DNA from: Fidelibacterota bacterium
Lineage (GTDB): Bacteria > Fidelibacterota > UBA8477 > JABMPR01
Direction of reading: 5' to 3'
Assembly (NCBI GenBank): GCA_034716895.1
Contig: JAYEKW010000062.1
Span: 17,885 to 81,884 of the forward strand
Length of the DNA stretch: 64,000 bases
The notes beneath the pieces are model-generated. The model did not search any database and was not told the DNA's origin. It was given only the letters and a program-made list of their open reading frames with translations. A program made the position numbers and the translations under genes. Shown here piece after piece: positions 18,168 to 27,239 of the stretch (positions are counted from its first letter, which is position 1; each line of letters begins with the position of its first letter).

Positions 18168-19643
18168 ATGAATATGAAACGCCACAGATTAATTATCGTA
18201 TCAAATAGGTTGCCAGTTGTAGTAAATAAAAATATAAGTGGATCACTAGAGGTGAAGCCGGGATCGGGAGGACTGGTCACGGCGCTTGCCCCCGTTTTAC
18301 GTAACCGCGGAGGTGTTTGGCTTGGGTGGTCCGGACTAACTACAGAAAATCCTCGAAAGATTGGGAATTTGCTGTCTTCTCTCGATGACAGAATTGGGTA
18401 TTCACTGGAATCTGTAACATTGGATGAGAACGAGATTGAAAACTACTATAAGGGATTTTCCAATGAAACTTTATGGCCTCTTTTCCATGATCTGATTGAC
18501 CATTGTAAATTTAAACCAGAGTATTGGAAGACCTACCAAAGTGTCAATATGAAATTTGCTCAATCATTAAAAAAGATCATTAAAAAAGATGATTTTATCT
18601 GGATTCATGACTATCACCTGATAAGCATGATCCGTTTTCTAAGAGAGCTGGGTGTAAACAATAAAATTGGTTTCTTCCTGCATATACCCTTTCCGCCTAC
18701 AGATATCTATACACGCCTACCTTGGCGAGTTGATATCTTAGGTGATCTTCTGCAATATGACCTGGTTGGATTTCAATCAGCTCGCGATAGGAGGAATTTC
18801 ACAAGCAGTGTTCGGACACTGATCGACAAACCAAAAATTGAAGGGAAGGGGCAAGTCATTAACATCGTGCGAAAAACACGAACTATGAGGGCTGGAGTCT
18901 TTCCGATCAGCATAGATTATAAAGAATTCGACGACTCAGCAAGTTCAAAACCTGTGACACACAAGGTGGTGACGAAAGAAAAATATTTTGAGGAGCAAAA
19001 GGTAATACTGGGCGTTGATCGTTTAGATTACACAAAAGGTATCCCTGAGCGTCTGGAAGCATTCAGAGAGGCTCTCCGAAGGTATCCAGTCCTGTTGGGC
19101 AAGTTGAGCTTGATCCAAATTCTAGTCCCAAGTCGCAGAGATATACCACATTATGAGAACCTCAAAATTAAAATTGAAAGATTGGTTAGTGAGATAAATG
19201 GGGAGTTTTCACATTCCGGGTGGACACCAATTGAATACCACTTCCGAGCAGTCAGCCGAGATGCATTGTTATCCTATTATCGAATTGCTGAGATCGCGAT
19301 TGTGACTCCATTGAAGGATGGGATGAATCTGGTAGCAAAAGAGTACTGTGCATCAAATCCAGAAGGTATTCTCATCTTGAGTGAATTTGCCGGCGCGGCG
19401 GCTCAGCTAAAATCTGGAGCTTTACTTGTCAATCCACATGACTCGGTAGCGTGTGCTGAAGCAATTCAAAGAGCGGTGCACATGCCAGAATCCGAACGTA
19501 AGGTTAGGATGAAGAAACTCAGAAAAAATGTACATCGCTACGATATTTATTGGTGGGTAGAGAATTTCTTGGATGCCGCATTTGCATCGAAGTTGAGTGA
19601 GTTTTCTCTTATTGCAGACTATACCCCCCTCGCAGAAGGATGA
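18168..19643 (+). CDS. otsA: Alpha,alpha-trehalose-phosphate synthase (GT20)
   Basis: RLIIVSNRLPVVV...GSGGLVTALAPVLRNRGGVWLGWSG...IWIHDYHL...LGVDRLDYTKGI...NPHD are canonical OtsA motifs. 491 aa. Confidence 0.9.
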   Translation: MNMKRHRLIIVSNRLPVVVNKNISGSLEVKPGSGGLVTALAPVLRNRGGVWLGWSGLTTENPRKIGNLLSSLDDRIGYSLESVTLDENEIENYYKGFSNETLWPLFHDLIDHCKFKPEYWKTYQSVNMKFAQSLKKIIKKDDFIWIHDYHLISMIRFLRELGVNNKIGFFLHIPFPPTDIYTRLPWRVDILGDLLQYDLVGFQSARDRRNFTSSVRTLIDKPKIEGKGQVINIVRKTRTMRAGVFPISIDYKEFDDSASSKPVTHKVVTKEKYFEEQKVILGVDRLDYTKGIPERLEAFREALRRYPVLLGKLSLIQILVPSRRDIPHYENLKIKIERLVSEINGEFSHSGWTPIEYHFRAVSRDALLSYYRIAEIAIVTPLKDGMNLVAKEYCASNPEGILILSEFAGAAAQLKSGALLVNPHDSVACAEAIQRAVHMPESERKVRMKKLRKNVHRYDIYWWVENFLDAAFASKLSEFSLIADYTPLAEG

Positions 19644-19727
19644 ATAAGACAACGGTTAAATTTCATGAAACAACTGGAGCATGAAGCCCAGTTATCGTGA
19701 CGAAAACTTGACATCAAGGAGGAAAGC

Positions 19728-20471
19728 ATGTTACGTAGCGTAAAAGAAATTATGGCGTGTAGTCTAGAATCTAAGTCTGGGGAAATTGGTAAATCAAAAG
19801 ACTTATTATTTGATGATGACAAGTGGGTGATCCGATATTTAGTGGCGGATACGGGTAAATGGCTTCTGAGAAGGCAAATTCTTATTTCCCCGATTTCGTT
19901 GAAGGGAATAGATTGGGATACACAGCAATTACCCGTTGACCTTTCCAAAGAACAAATAGAGTCTGCACCCAGTATAGAAACAGATATGCCCGTTTCCAGG
20001 CAGTTTGAAATTGAATTGTCCAAGCATAACAATTGGCCTTATTACTGGACCGGTGAGCAGGCAATGGGAGCTATGCTGACACCGGGAGGCGCATACCCAA
20101 CTATCTTTGATAAAGACAAGTCGGAGGCTGATGTTAAACGTGATAAGCATCTCCGCTCAGTAAATGAGGTTACAGGCTACCATCTCTTAGCGGAAGATGG
20201 AGAGATCGGTCATGTTGAAGACTTTATTGTTGATGATGAGGCTTGGGCAATCCGCTATATCGTTGTGAATACTCGGAACTGGCTCCCCGGTAAAAAGGTT
20301 CTGGTTTCACCATTTTGGTCCAAAACAATTGATTGGGCTGAAAGGAAAATCCTGTTCGGGGTTACCATGGAGCAGATCAAAAACAGTCCAGAGTATGACC
20401 CAACAAAGTCTATCACTCCAGATTATGAGGATCTTCTGTTCGATTATTACGGAATACTGAAAGACATTTAA
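19728..20471 (+). CDS. Tandem PRC-barrel domain protein
   Basis: Two repeats of G..IG.V.DF..DD..W.IRY.V....W...K.L.SP. Confidence 0.65.
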   Translation: MLRSVKEIMACSLESKSGEIGKSKDLLFDDDKWVIRYLVADTGKWLLRRQILISPISLKGIDWDTQQLPVDLSKEQIESAPSIETDMPVSRQFEIELSKHNNWPYYWTGEQAMGAMLTPGGAYPTIFDKDKSEADVKRDKHLRSVNEVTGYHLLAEDGEIGHVEDFIVDDEAWAIRYIVVNTRNWLPGKKVLVSPFWSKTIDWAERKILFGVTMEQIKNSPEYDPTKSITPDYEDLLFDYYGILKDI

Positions 20472-21031
20472 GAGCATGAGTAACATCTGTATCAAATAAA
20501 AGTATGTTCATTTAACAACAATCTGAGAATATACCGGACCATAGATCAAGACAGATTAGCATAGCTGCAATTAATAATAATGGTTCATCATAATAATGCG
20601 TACCTGGATACAATCATTAAGATTGGGGGTCAATAAAATATTCTGGGGTACAAAGGTATAAGGGTTATAAAGACTGTGTGAGAATAGGGCAACTCTTACC
20701 CCATGCTTCAGCTTGGGGTTTAACCGACCACAAGAAATTCGGGGGGGGCTATAGCCCAACTGTGTAGCTGATTAATCTTGGGCTAAAGCCCTTTTTTGTG
20801 TGGATTCTAGATCCCCAAGCTGCATTTCGATAAACTCAATAACCAGCATAGGGTAATTGATAAGTTATTGTTATTCATGTCATTGCATAAGCTCAGTGTA
20901 TCATAATCGTTGTAACTGACTCAAATACAGGTGATTACAGATTTTCGTGAGAAACTTCTGTTGTTAATGTCCCTCCCGTTGGCGAGGAGTATACAAACCG
21001 TAAGAGTCCAAGAAAAATTAATATAGTAATA

Positions 21032-21045
21032 GTTAGTGCACTAAC
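21032..21045. promoter_or_regulatory. Perfect 14-bp palindrome GTTAGTGCACTAAC, candidate MarR-family operator
   Basis: Located ~80 bp upstream of the marR-like gene start. MarR dimers bind such palindromes. Confidence 0.4.
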
Positions 21046-21123
21046 AACTTGTGTAGAGATGATTCGTTTGATATATTCAGCCGTGACTTAAAGAAATAAA
21101 TCAAACGTGAAGAGTAAATTAAA

Positions 21124-21639
21124 ATGACCAAAACAACTGATTCAAAACCCGAAGATAGACAGCTCCCATTTGATCTTCAAATCTTGCAGGCGTTACGTCA
21201 AATTATTCGTGCCATTGATATTCATTCACGGAAACTTAAATCCACCTACAATACCACGACCCCCCAGCTCATTTGCCTGGGTATTATTAAAGATCACGGT
21301 TCTTCCACAGTTACTCGAATTGCCGGGCAAGCCTATTTGAGCACAAGTACGGTAGTGGGAATCCTGGATCGTCTGGAAAAAGAAAGCTTGATATTGAGGG
21401 AAAGAGATAAAAAGGATCGTCGGCTCTGGAATGTCATTCTCACAGAAAAAGGGAAAGCACTTTTAAAGCAGATTCCGTCCCCGTTGCACGATGGTTTACT
21501 CAATGCTTTGCAAAATCTTCCAGAGCGTGAGCAAGCCAATATTGCAGTCTCCCTGTTAAAGATCGTTAATCTGATGGGTGCTGAATCAGTAGAAGCTGCT
21601 CCTATTTTGGAGACCGCACAGATACTCCCCGTAAAATAA
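21124..21639 (+). CDS. MarR-family transcriptional regulator
   Basis: 171 aa with a winged HTH (ITRIAGQAYLSTSTVVGILDRLEKESLILRERDKKDRR). Confidence 0.8.
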   Translation: MTKTTDSKPEDRQLPFDLQILQALRQIIRAIDIHSRKLKSTYNTTTPQLICLGIIKDHGSSTVTRIAGQAYLSTSTVVGILDRLEKESLILRERDKKDRRLWNVILTEKGKALLKQIPSPLHDGLLNALQNLPEREQANIAVSLLKIVNLMGAESVEAAPILETAQILPVK

Positions 21640-21766
21640 AATACATCTATGAATAATACCAATAACCCACAATAACCATTATGCTGAGAACCAAATTTAT
21701 TCTATAACAATCAACTGTTTTACCTCTTGTTACCATCATACCAATTATTTTTTCAGGAAAGCGAAG

Positions 21767-22045
21767 GTGAACATGTTTTCCATATCGGAAACTGCAAAAA
21801 CACGCTTATCAGAAGCTAAAAAAGAACTAAAAGGTCATGCAGGAATGGTCGTGCGGCTCGATGCTTCAACTGATCACAAGGGAGCATTCAAACTATACAT
21901 TGATACAATCCACCCAGGCGATTATAAAATCTATGGTGATGATGAAGAACCAATCCTGGTTTTAGAGGAAACCCTTTTACCCAAACTGGCAAAAACTGGA
22001 CTAGAGTACGATGAACAGTTCTCGTTCGTTCATGTGAGTGACTAG
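21767..22045 (+). CDS. Small hypothetical protein, probably co-transcribed with the downstream symporter
   Basis: 92 aa, soluble. Only 20 bp separate it from the SSS gene. Confidence 0.45.
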   Translation: MNMFSISETAKTRLSEAKKELKGHAGMVVRLDASTDHKGAFKLYIDTIHPGDYKIYGDDEEPILVLEETLLPKLAKTGLEYDEQFSFVHVSD

Positions 22046-22065
22046 GTCTACATAAAGGAGTTCTT

Positions 22066-23493
22066 ATGGCTTTTCTAGATTATGTAATTTTCGTCATCTA
22101 TATGTTGATCATCCTGGGGGTTGGCTATTATTTCTATCGTAAAAATGAATCAGCTGAAGATTACTTCGTAGGTGGTCGTAGCATTTCTCCAACTCATATT
22201 GGTTTGTCAATTGCTGCTACAGATGTTGGTGGTGGCTTTTCAATCGGTTTGGGGGGTCTTGGATATCTGATGGGACTCTCAGGAAGCTGGTTATTATTTA
22301 CAGGGTTATTGGGAGCTTGGTTATCGGCTGTTTTTATTATTCCTCGACTAAAAACTTTGGATTTAGAGCAAGGTTTTATGACTTATCCTGACTTTCTACG
22401 TCATCGGTACAATGGAAAAGTCGCCATGGTAGCAGCTGTGATCTCAGGTGTTGGGTATCTGGGATTTACCAGTGGTCAAATCCTGGCAGGAGCGAAGCTC
22501 ATGTCTGGTTCAGTGATCTCAACAGCACCCTGGGGACTTGAACCACTCACATTCTCTATCTATGTCATCGGGTTTATCATCGTGGCTTACACAGCTCTCG
22601 GTGGTTTGAAGGCAGTTATTTACACCGATACTGTACAATGGATCATCTTAATTAGTGGTCTTATCCTGTTTGCCATCCCCTTTGCCATCATGGAAACTGG
22701 TGGTCTTGGGGCCTTGCGTGAGCAACTCCCTGTGGAATATTTTTCTTTCTCGAACATACAGCCAATTACATTTATCAACTGGCTCCTGACCATCGTACCA
22801 ATTTGGTTGGTAGCCATGACTTTGTATCAACGGGTCTTTGCCAGTCGCTCGGTTAAAGATGCTCAAAAAGCCTGGTATATTGCCGGTGCTTTTGAATATC
22901 CCGTCATGGCTTTTACCGGTGTCATCCTGGGTATGATTGCCCGGGTATTATTCCCTGGTGTTGAAGCGGAAATGGGAGTGCCCATTCTGTTAAGGGAAGT
23001 ACTGCCAATAGGAATTACGGGAATTGTAATTGCGAGTTACTTCTCCGCTATAATGTCCACAGCAGATAGCTGCATACTTGCTTCATCCGGAAATTTTGTA
23101 AATGATTTAATCGAGAAATTGAGTCCCAAATCATATAATGTAAAACAGCTGATCCATATTTCGCAGCTTGTAACCTTAGCAGTTGGAATAATTGCCATTC
23201 TTTTGGCCAGCTCTTTCACCACGGTTCTGGAAACCATACTGTATGCCTATCAGTTCATGGTTGCCGGGCTTTTTATACCAACTCTGGCTGCATTCTTCTG
23301 GAAAAAAGCAACTCCGCTAGCTGCATTATGGGCTATGATTGGTGGTGGCACGTCTGCCCTGACTATGATTATTACCCAGGTCGATTTGCCTTTGGGCTTG
23401 GATCCCACGTTTTATGGTATGCTAATTTCCGCAGTTACACTCGTTGCAGTTTCATATTTAAGGAAGGATGAGGTGAACCATCTCCAAGACTGA
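22066..23493 (+). CDS. Sodium:solute symporter family (SSS) transporter
   Basis: 475 aa, ~13 TM. The N-terminus DYFVGGRSISP...GLSIAATDVGGGFSIGLGGLGY is typical of PutP/PanF-type SSS carriers. Confidence 0.85.
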   Translation: MAFLDYVIFVIYMLIILGVGYYFYRKNESAEDYFVGGRSISPTHIGLSIAATDVGGGFSIGLGGLGYLMGLSGSWLLFTGLLGAWLSAVFIIPRLKTLDLEQGFMTYPDFLRHRYNGKVAMVAAVISGVGYLGFTSGQILAGAKLMSGSVISTAPWGLEPLTFSIYVIGFIIVAYTALGGLKAVIYTDTVQWIILISGLILFAIPFAIMETGGLGALREQLPVEYFSFSNIQPITFINWLLTIVPIWLVAMTLYQRVFASRSVKDAQKAWYIAGAFEYPVMAFTGVILGMIARVLFPGVEAEMGVPILLREVLPIGITGIVIASYFSAIMSTADSCILASSGNFVNDLIEKLSPKSYNVKQLIHISQLVTLAVGIIAILLASSFTTVLETILYAYQFMVAGLFIPTLAAFFWKKATPLAALWAMIGGGTSALTMIITQVDLPLGLDPTFYGMLISAVTLVAVSYLRKDEVNHLQD

Positions 23494-23557
23494 CATCACA
23501 ATTAACTATAAAACCTGTCAACTTCAACATGGTCCGTTAAGCGATCGGGTCTATATC

Positions 23558-24328
23558 ATGAAAATTGTACCAGAAAGAGTACAGGACGTACTGGCATTGG
23601 CGGAATCGTTGGCTCTTGAGCATCATTACTCCAAGATATTTGCCAAGATACCCATAGCTCTCATACCAGAGTTTATGGCCCAGGGATATGAGGAAGAAGC
23701 ACGCATTCCAGGTTTAGGTGAAAAGCCCAAAGGAATCGCTTTTATGTCAAACTTTATTACCAAGAAACGTAAAAAGCCACATAAAACGAGCGAGATAATG
23801 AAAGTAAAGTCTGCCACACTTACACAGGGGCTTTCACGAAAAAGCACAATACTTTCAAAGGATTATTCAATTAAAGAAGCTGAAATAAAAGATAGCCCAG
23901 GCTTGGCATTACTCTACCGTGAGATTTTTGCGAGCTATCCGTTTCCAATTACGGATCCAATTTTTGTCGCTCAAAGCATGGCTGAAAATGTGCGTTATTT
24001 TGTGATCAGACACAAACGGGAAATTGTGGCTGTAGCTGCGGCCGAAATGGACTATGATTGTCGAGCTGTGGAAATGACTGATTTTGCTACAATTCCAGCC
24101 TATAGAGGAAATCAGCTGGGACAAATGCTTTTGGATCACATGGAAACAGCTATGCTTACAGAACCCATAGATACAGCCTATACCATTGCCAGGGCTGTGT
24201 CTTACGGAATGAATATTACCTTTGGACGGGCAGATTACGAATTCGCCGGCACGCTAATTAATAATACTCATATCGGCGGATCCATCGAAAGCATGAATGT
24301 CTGGTATAAACAACTCATCCATATTTAA
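23558..24328 (+). CDS. ablB: GNAT acetyltransferase, putative beta-lysine N6-acetyltransferase
   Basis: 256 aa. Has a C-terminal GNAT fold (AAAEMDYDCRAVEMTDFATIPAYRGNQLGQMLL). It lies immediately upstream of a lysine 2,3-aminomutase in the same orientation, the arrangement known for N-epsilon-acetyl-beta-lysine synthesis. Confidence 0.65.
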   Translation: MKIVPERVQDVLALAESLALEHHYSKIFAKIPIALIPEFMAQGYEEEARIPGLGEKPKGIAFMSNFITKKRKKPHKTSEIMKVKSATLTQGLSRKSTILSKDYSIKEAEIKDSPGLALLYREIFASYPFPITDPIFVAQSMAENVRYFVIRHKREIVAVAAAEMDYDCRAVEMTDFATIPAYRGNQLGQMLLDHMETAMLTEPIDTAYTIARAVSYGMNITFGRADYEFAGTLINNTHIGGSIESMNVWYKQLIHI

Positions 24329-24351
24329 TCAACAAAAACTGGAGTCTTCTT

Positions 24352-25839
24352 ATGCATGGAAAACTACATTCAAACAAAGAATTTAATAAATATCAAACTG
24401 CTGAGACTATTGATGATCTACCTGACCTCGTGACTGATCATTCTGAACTTGATGAAATTAGCGAGATTGAGATACCGGATGCTATTAAAGATCCAGTAAC
24501 TCTGCAGGATCTAGCGCACCGAGACTTTTCGTCAGATTTGTTTTGGCAGAAAATCCCAGCTTTTAAAAATGTAGACCGCGAAACTTTTATGGACGTGAGC
24601 TTCCAAAATAGCAATTCTGCAACAAAAGTAGATCATCTTGATGAGCTTTTGGAAGATTTGGTTCCCGCAGCTTTCCTTGATGATGTGCGTGAAGGAATGA
24701 GGTTGGCGCCCATGAATCTGCGCCTTTCCCCCTATGTTATTAGTCTCATCGATTGGGATAACCCCTATGATGATCCGCTTCGGATTCAATTTATTCCGGT
24801 GGCATCCACGCGTTTGGCTGATCATCCAAAATTGTCATTAGATTCCCTGGAGGAGCAGGCGGATTCTCCTACATCGGGTCTGGTGCATCGATATTTTGAT
24901 AAAGTGCTTTTTCTACCCACTGATGTGTGTCCGGTCTATTGTCGGTTCTGTACGCGCAGTTATGCCATTGGGAGTGATACAGATCAGGTGACAAAAATGA
25001 GTTTTAAGGCGGTCCCCAATACTTGGAATAAGGCGTTTGCCTACATTGCTTCGAGACCGGAAATTGAAGATGTCGTCATTTCTGGTGGAGATACTTACAT
25101 GTTAAAACCTCACCGCATTAAACAAATCGGTGAAACACTATTAGCCATACCCCATGTACGACGGTTGCGCTTTGCCACAAAAGGGCCAGCAGTGATGCCC
25201 ATGAAAATTATTTCTCAACCGGAGTGGACAAATGCCATAATCGACATTGTCAATCAGGGACGGGAAATGAGCAAAGAGGTGGTCGTTCATACTCATTTCA
25301 ATCATAGCAGCGAGATTACGTCCATTACCCGAGAAGCCATGGATCTGTTTTTTAAAGCCGGTGTTACGGTACGCAATCAGAGTGTGCTCTTACGGGGTGT
25401 TAACGATACACCAGAAGCAATGATCAACCTGGTAAGACAATTATCACTCATGAATGTTCAGCCCTACTATGTCTATCAACATGATATGGTTCAAGGGACT
25501 GAAGAATTGAGGACCACGCTAAAAGATGGTCTAGAGCTGGAACGCCACGTGAGAGGTGCGACTGCTGGATTTAACACCCCCACATTTGTAACGGATGCGC
25601 CTGGTGGTGGTGGGAAGAGAGATATCCATAGTTATGATTATTATGACGAGGTAACGGGAATTTCTGTTTACCGCAGCCCCAGTGTTGAAGATGAAATGGT
25701 CTATCTCTATTATGATCCCATTCACCTGTTGTCAGAAAAAGGTCAAAAACTCTGGGAGGATCCTTCGATGCATGAAAAAATGATCCTGGATGCCATTGAG
25801 AAGGCGGGTTACCAGGATTTTTCACAGGCTTATGAATAG
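24352..25839 (+). CDS. ablA: Lysine 2,3-aminomutase (radical SAM, KamA/AblA family)
   Basis: Has CPVYCRFCTRSYAIG (CxxxCxxC) and the KamA N-terminal SPYVISLIDWDNPYDDPLRIQFIP. The ORF carries a ~50-aa N-terminal extension, and the true start may be an internal Met. Confidence 0.85.
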   Translation: MHGKLHSNKEFNKYQTAETIDDLPDLVTDHSELDEISEIEIPDAIKDPVTLQDLAHRDFSSDLFWQKIPAFKNVDRETFMDVSFQNSNSATKVDHLDELLEDLVPAAFLDDVREGMRLAPMNLRLSPYVISLIDWDNPYDDPLRIQFIPVASTRLADHPKLSLDSLEEQADSPTSGLVHRYFDKVLFLPTDVCPVYCRFCTRSYAIGSDTDQVTKMSFKAVPNTWNKAFAYIASRPEIEDVVISGGDTYMLKPHRIKQIGETLLAIPHVRRLRFATKGPAVMPMKIISQPEWTNAIIDIVNQGREMSKEVVVHTHFNHSSEITSITREAMDLFFKAGVTVRNQSVLLRGVNDTPEAMINLVRQLSLMNVQPYYVYQHDMVQGTEELRTTLKDGLELERHVRGATAGFNTPTFVTDAPGGGGKRDIHSYDYYDEVTGISVYRSPSVEDEMVYLYYDPIHLLSEKGQKLWEDPSMHEKMILDAIEKAGYQDFSQAYE

Positions 25840-25874
25840 TCCTGAGTTAAATGCGATACTAAATAGGAGCATAT

Positions 25875-26249
25875 ATGCCATTTCAATTTAGTGTTGAATA
25901 TCCACTGGATATTGTGATTGGAAGAGTTGTGGGAGAAGGGAACTTTTCAGAAACCTTTGGTGAGATCAAGAAATCAATTATTACCAAGCAAGGGGAGGGA
26001 ATAACCAGACGTTTGTATGATTTCCAAGATAGTGACTTCTTTTTTGATATTGATAAGGCTATCCAACTCGTTAACATTATTCAGCATACTGGCAAAATGT
26101 TAAACTCTAAAAAGATAGCCCTCCTTTTTCAGGAAATCCCTGAGACATTCGATCTGGAGCAATTAGCCCCACACTTGGAGTCAGAAGATGTTTCCATCGG
26201 AATTTTTATCGAACAGGCTAAAGCAGTAGAATTCCTAAATCAAAAATAG
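25875..26249 (+). CDS. SpoIIAA/STAS-like small protein (DUF3478-like), paralog of 7971-8336
   Basis: 124 aa, collinear with the other small protein (..G..SETF..I...L.YDF.D...V.I.EQAKAVEFL). Confidence 0.45.
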   Translation: MPFQFSVEYPLDIVIGRVVGEGNFSETFGEIKKSIITKQGEGITRRLYDFQDSDFFFDIDKAIQLVNIIQHTGKMLNSKKIALLFQEIPETFDLEQLAPHLESEDVSIGIFIEQAKAVEFLNQK

Positions 26250-26465
26250 AAAGGAGTCTGATTCCACCTGGCAGATTATAAGGAGAATTTAGGGATATAG
26301 TTCATTATGTTTTTTTGCCATACATAATGGTAAGAAAATTAGCACTAAAAGGGCGAGGATATACAATCTTGACGAAACCGCTAGAAGTATCTGAAAATTC
26401 ATGAAATGTGCCCTAAAACCATTAAATACAACCACATATAGTGAATGCTCCTAATCCATATATAT

Positions 26466-26560
26466 CAACACTTTGCGTCATTTCGATGAACTCAATACAA
26501 CGCTCTGCGCGCTCTGCGCCCTGCGAGAGGGACTTTTTGCGAAGGCGTCAATCTTAAAAG
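26466..26560 (-). repeat. Partial MITE-like element (5' portion, minus orientation)
   Basis: The rc reads attgacgccttcgcaaaaagtccctctcgcagggcgcagagcgcgcagagcgttgtattgag, collinear with the 5' end of copy A but lacking its internal hairpin. Confidence 0.65.
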
Positions 26561-26571
26561 AAGGATTAAGT

Positions 26572-27222
26572 ATGAAAATTAAAAGAGGGAAACAGCTTGG
26601 TTTATTCGTCATCATATTAAGTATGTTTATGCTTATAGCTTGTGAACCGGGGAATCAGGAAAATGTCGATATCAAAACAAGTCAACAGGCATTGGTTGAG
26701 CAAGATGAAATTAAAGAAGTCATCAAACGAGCTGAGGCCGCTGAAGCTCGGATGGCAGAACTGGTGAGCAGACTTGAGAACATTGAAGATCAGTTGGGCG
26801 AAAGAGATCAAAAGGTCTCAGAGCTAAAGCAGCAATTGGTTAACTACAAGAGAGCTATAACTGTTTTTGTCATAATTGTTTTTGTATTACTACTAATTAT
26901 TCTCTACAGTATGCGTGAAAATATCCAAAGCCTCAAATCATTTCCTATGGAATTCACCAGGTTTGGTCAGCGTTTGAGGAAAGCAACAAAACGCAGTTCT
27001 GGTAGGAGCGGTCGTGGAAAAGAAAAGTCTGGGGAGAAAATAAAAAAAGCACAACCAGGTTCTTCTCGATCAGCCAGAAAGAAGATGAGCAGGAAGCCAG
27101 GAAAAACAGATGAACCCAAATCAAAAGCTGAACCAAATTCAACCCGGACCAGCACCAGGAAAACCAAAGATATTGGGAAAAAGACAGTCCCAAAGCCTGC
27201 TTCAGGAAAACCTAAAAAATAG
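26572..27222 (+). CDS. Coiled-coil lipoprotein with a second TM segment and a basic Lys/Arg/Ser-rich tail
   Basis: Start MKIKRGKQLGLFVIILSMFMLIAC (lipobox), preferred over the ORF-track start at 26473, which lies inside the repeat. Confidence 0.55.
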   Translation: MKIKRGKQLGLFVIILSMFMLIACEPGNQENVDIKTSQQALVEQDEIKEVIKRAEAAEARMAELVSRLENIEDQLGERDQKVSELKQQLVNYKRAITVFVIIVFVLLLIILYSMRENIQSLKSFPMEFTRFGQRLRKATKRSSGRSGRGKEKSGEKIKKAQPGSSRSARKKMSRKPGKTDEPKSKAEPNSTRTSTRKTKDIGKKTVPKPASGKPKK

Positions 27223-27239
27223 ATTGGGATGGAACTGAG

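Noticed and set aside
20571-20800. 62-aa minus-strand ORF and G-run/hairpin (gggctaaagccc + T-run) in the 650-bp spacer before marR
   Set aside because: The ORF has no protein-like features. The hairpin is short (4-5 bp stem) and may be a weak terminator, so it is not annotated as a gene or sRNA.
26473-26571. Upstream extension of the lipoprotein ORF (track start 26473)
   Set aside because: The extension lies inside a MITE fragment. A canonical lipoprotein signal starts at the ATG at 26572.
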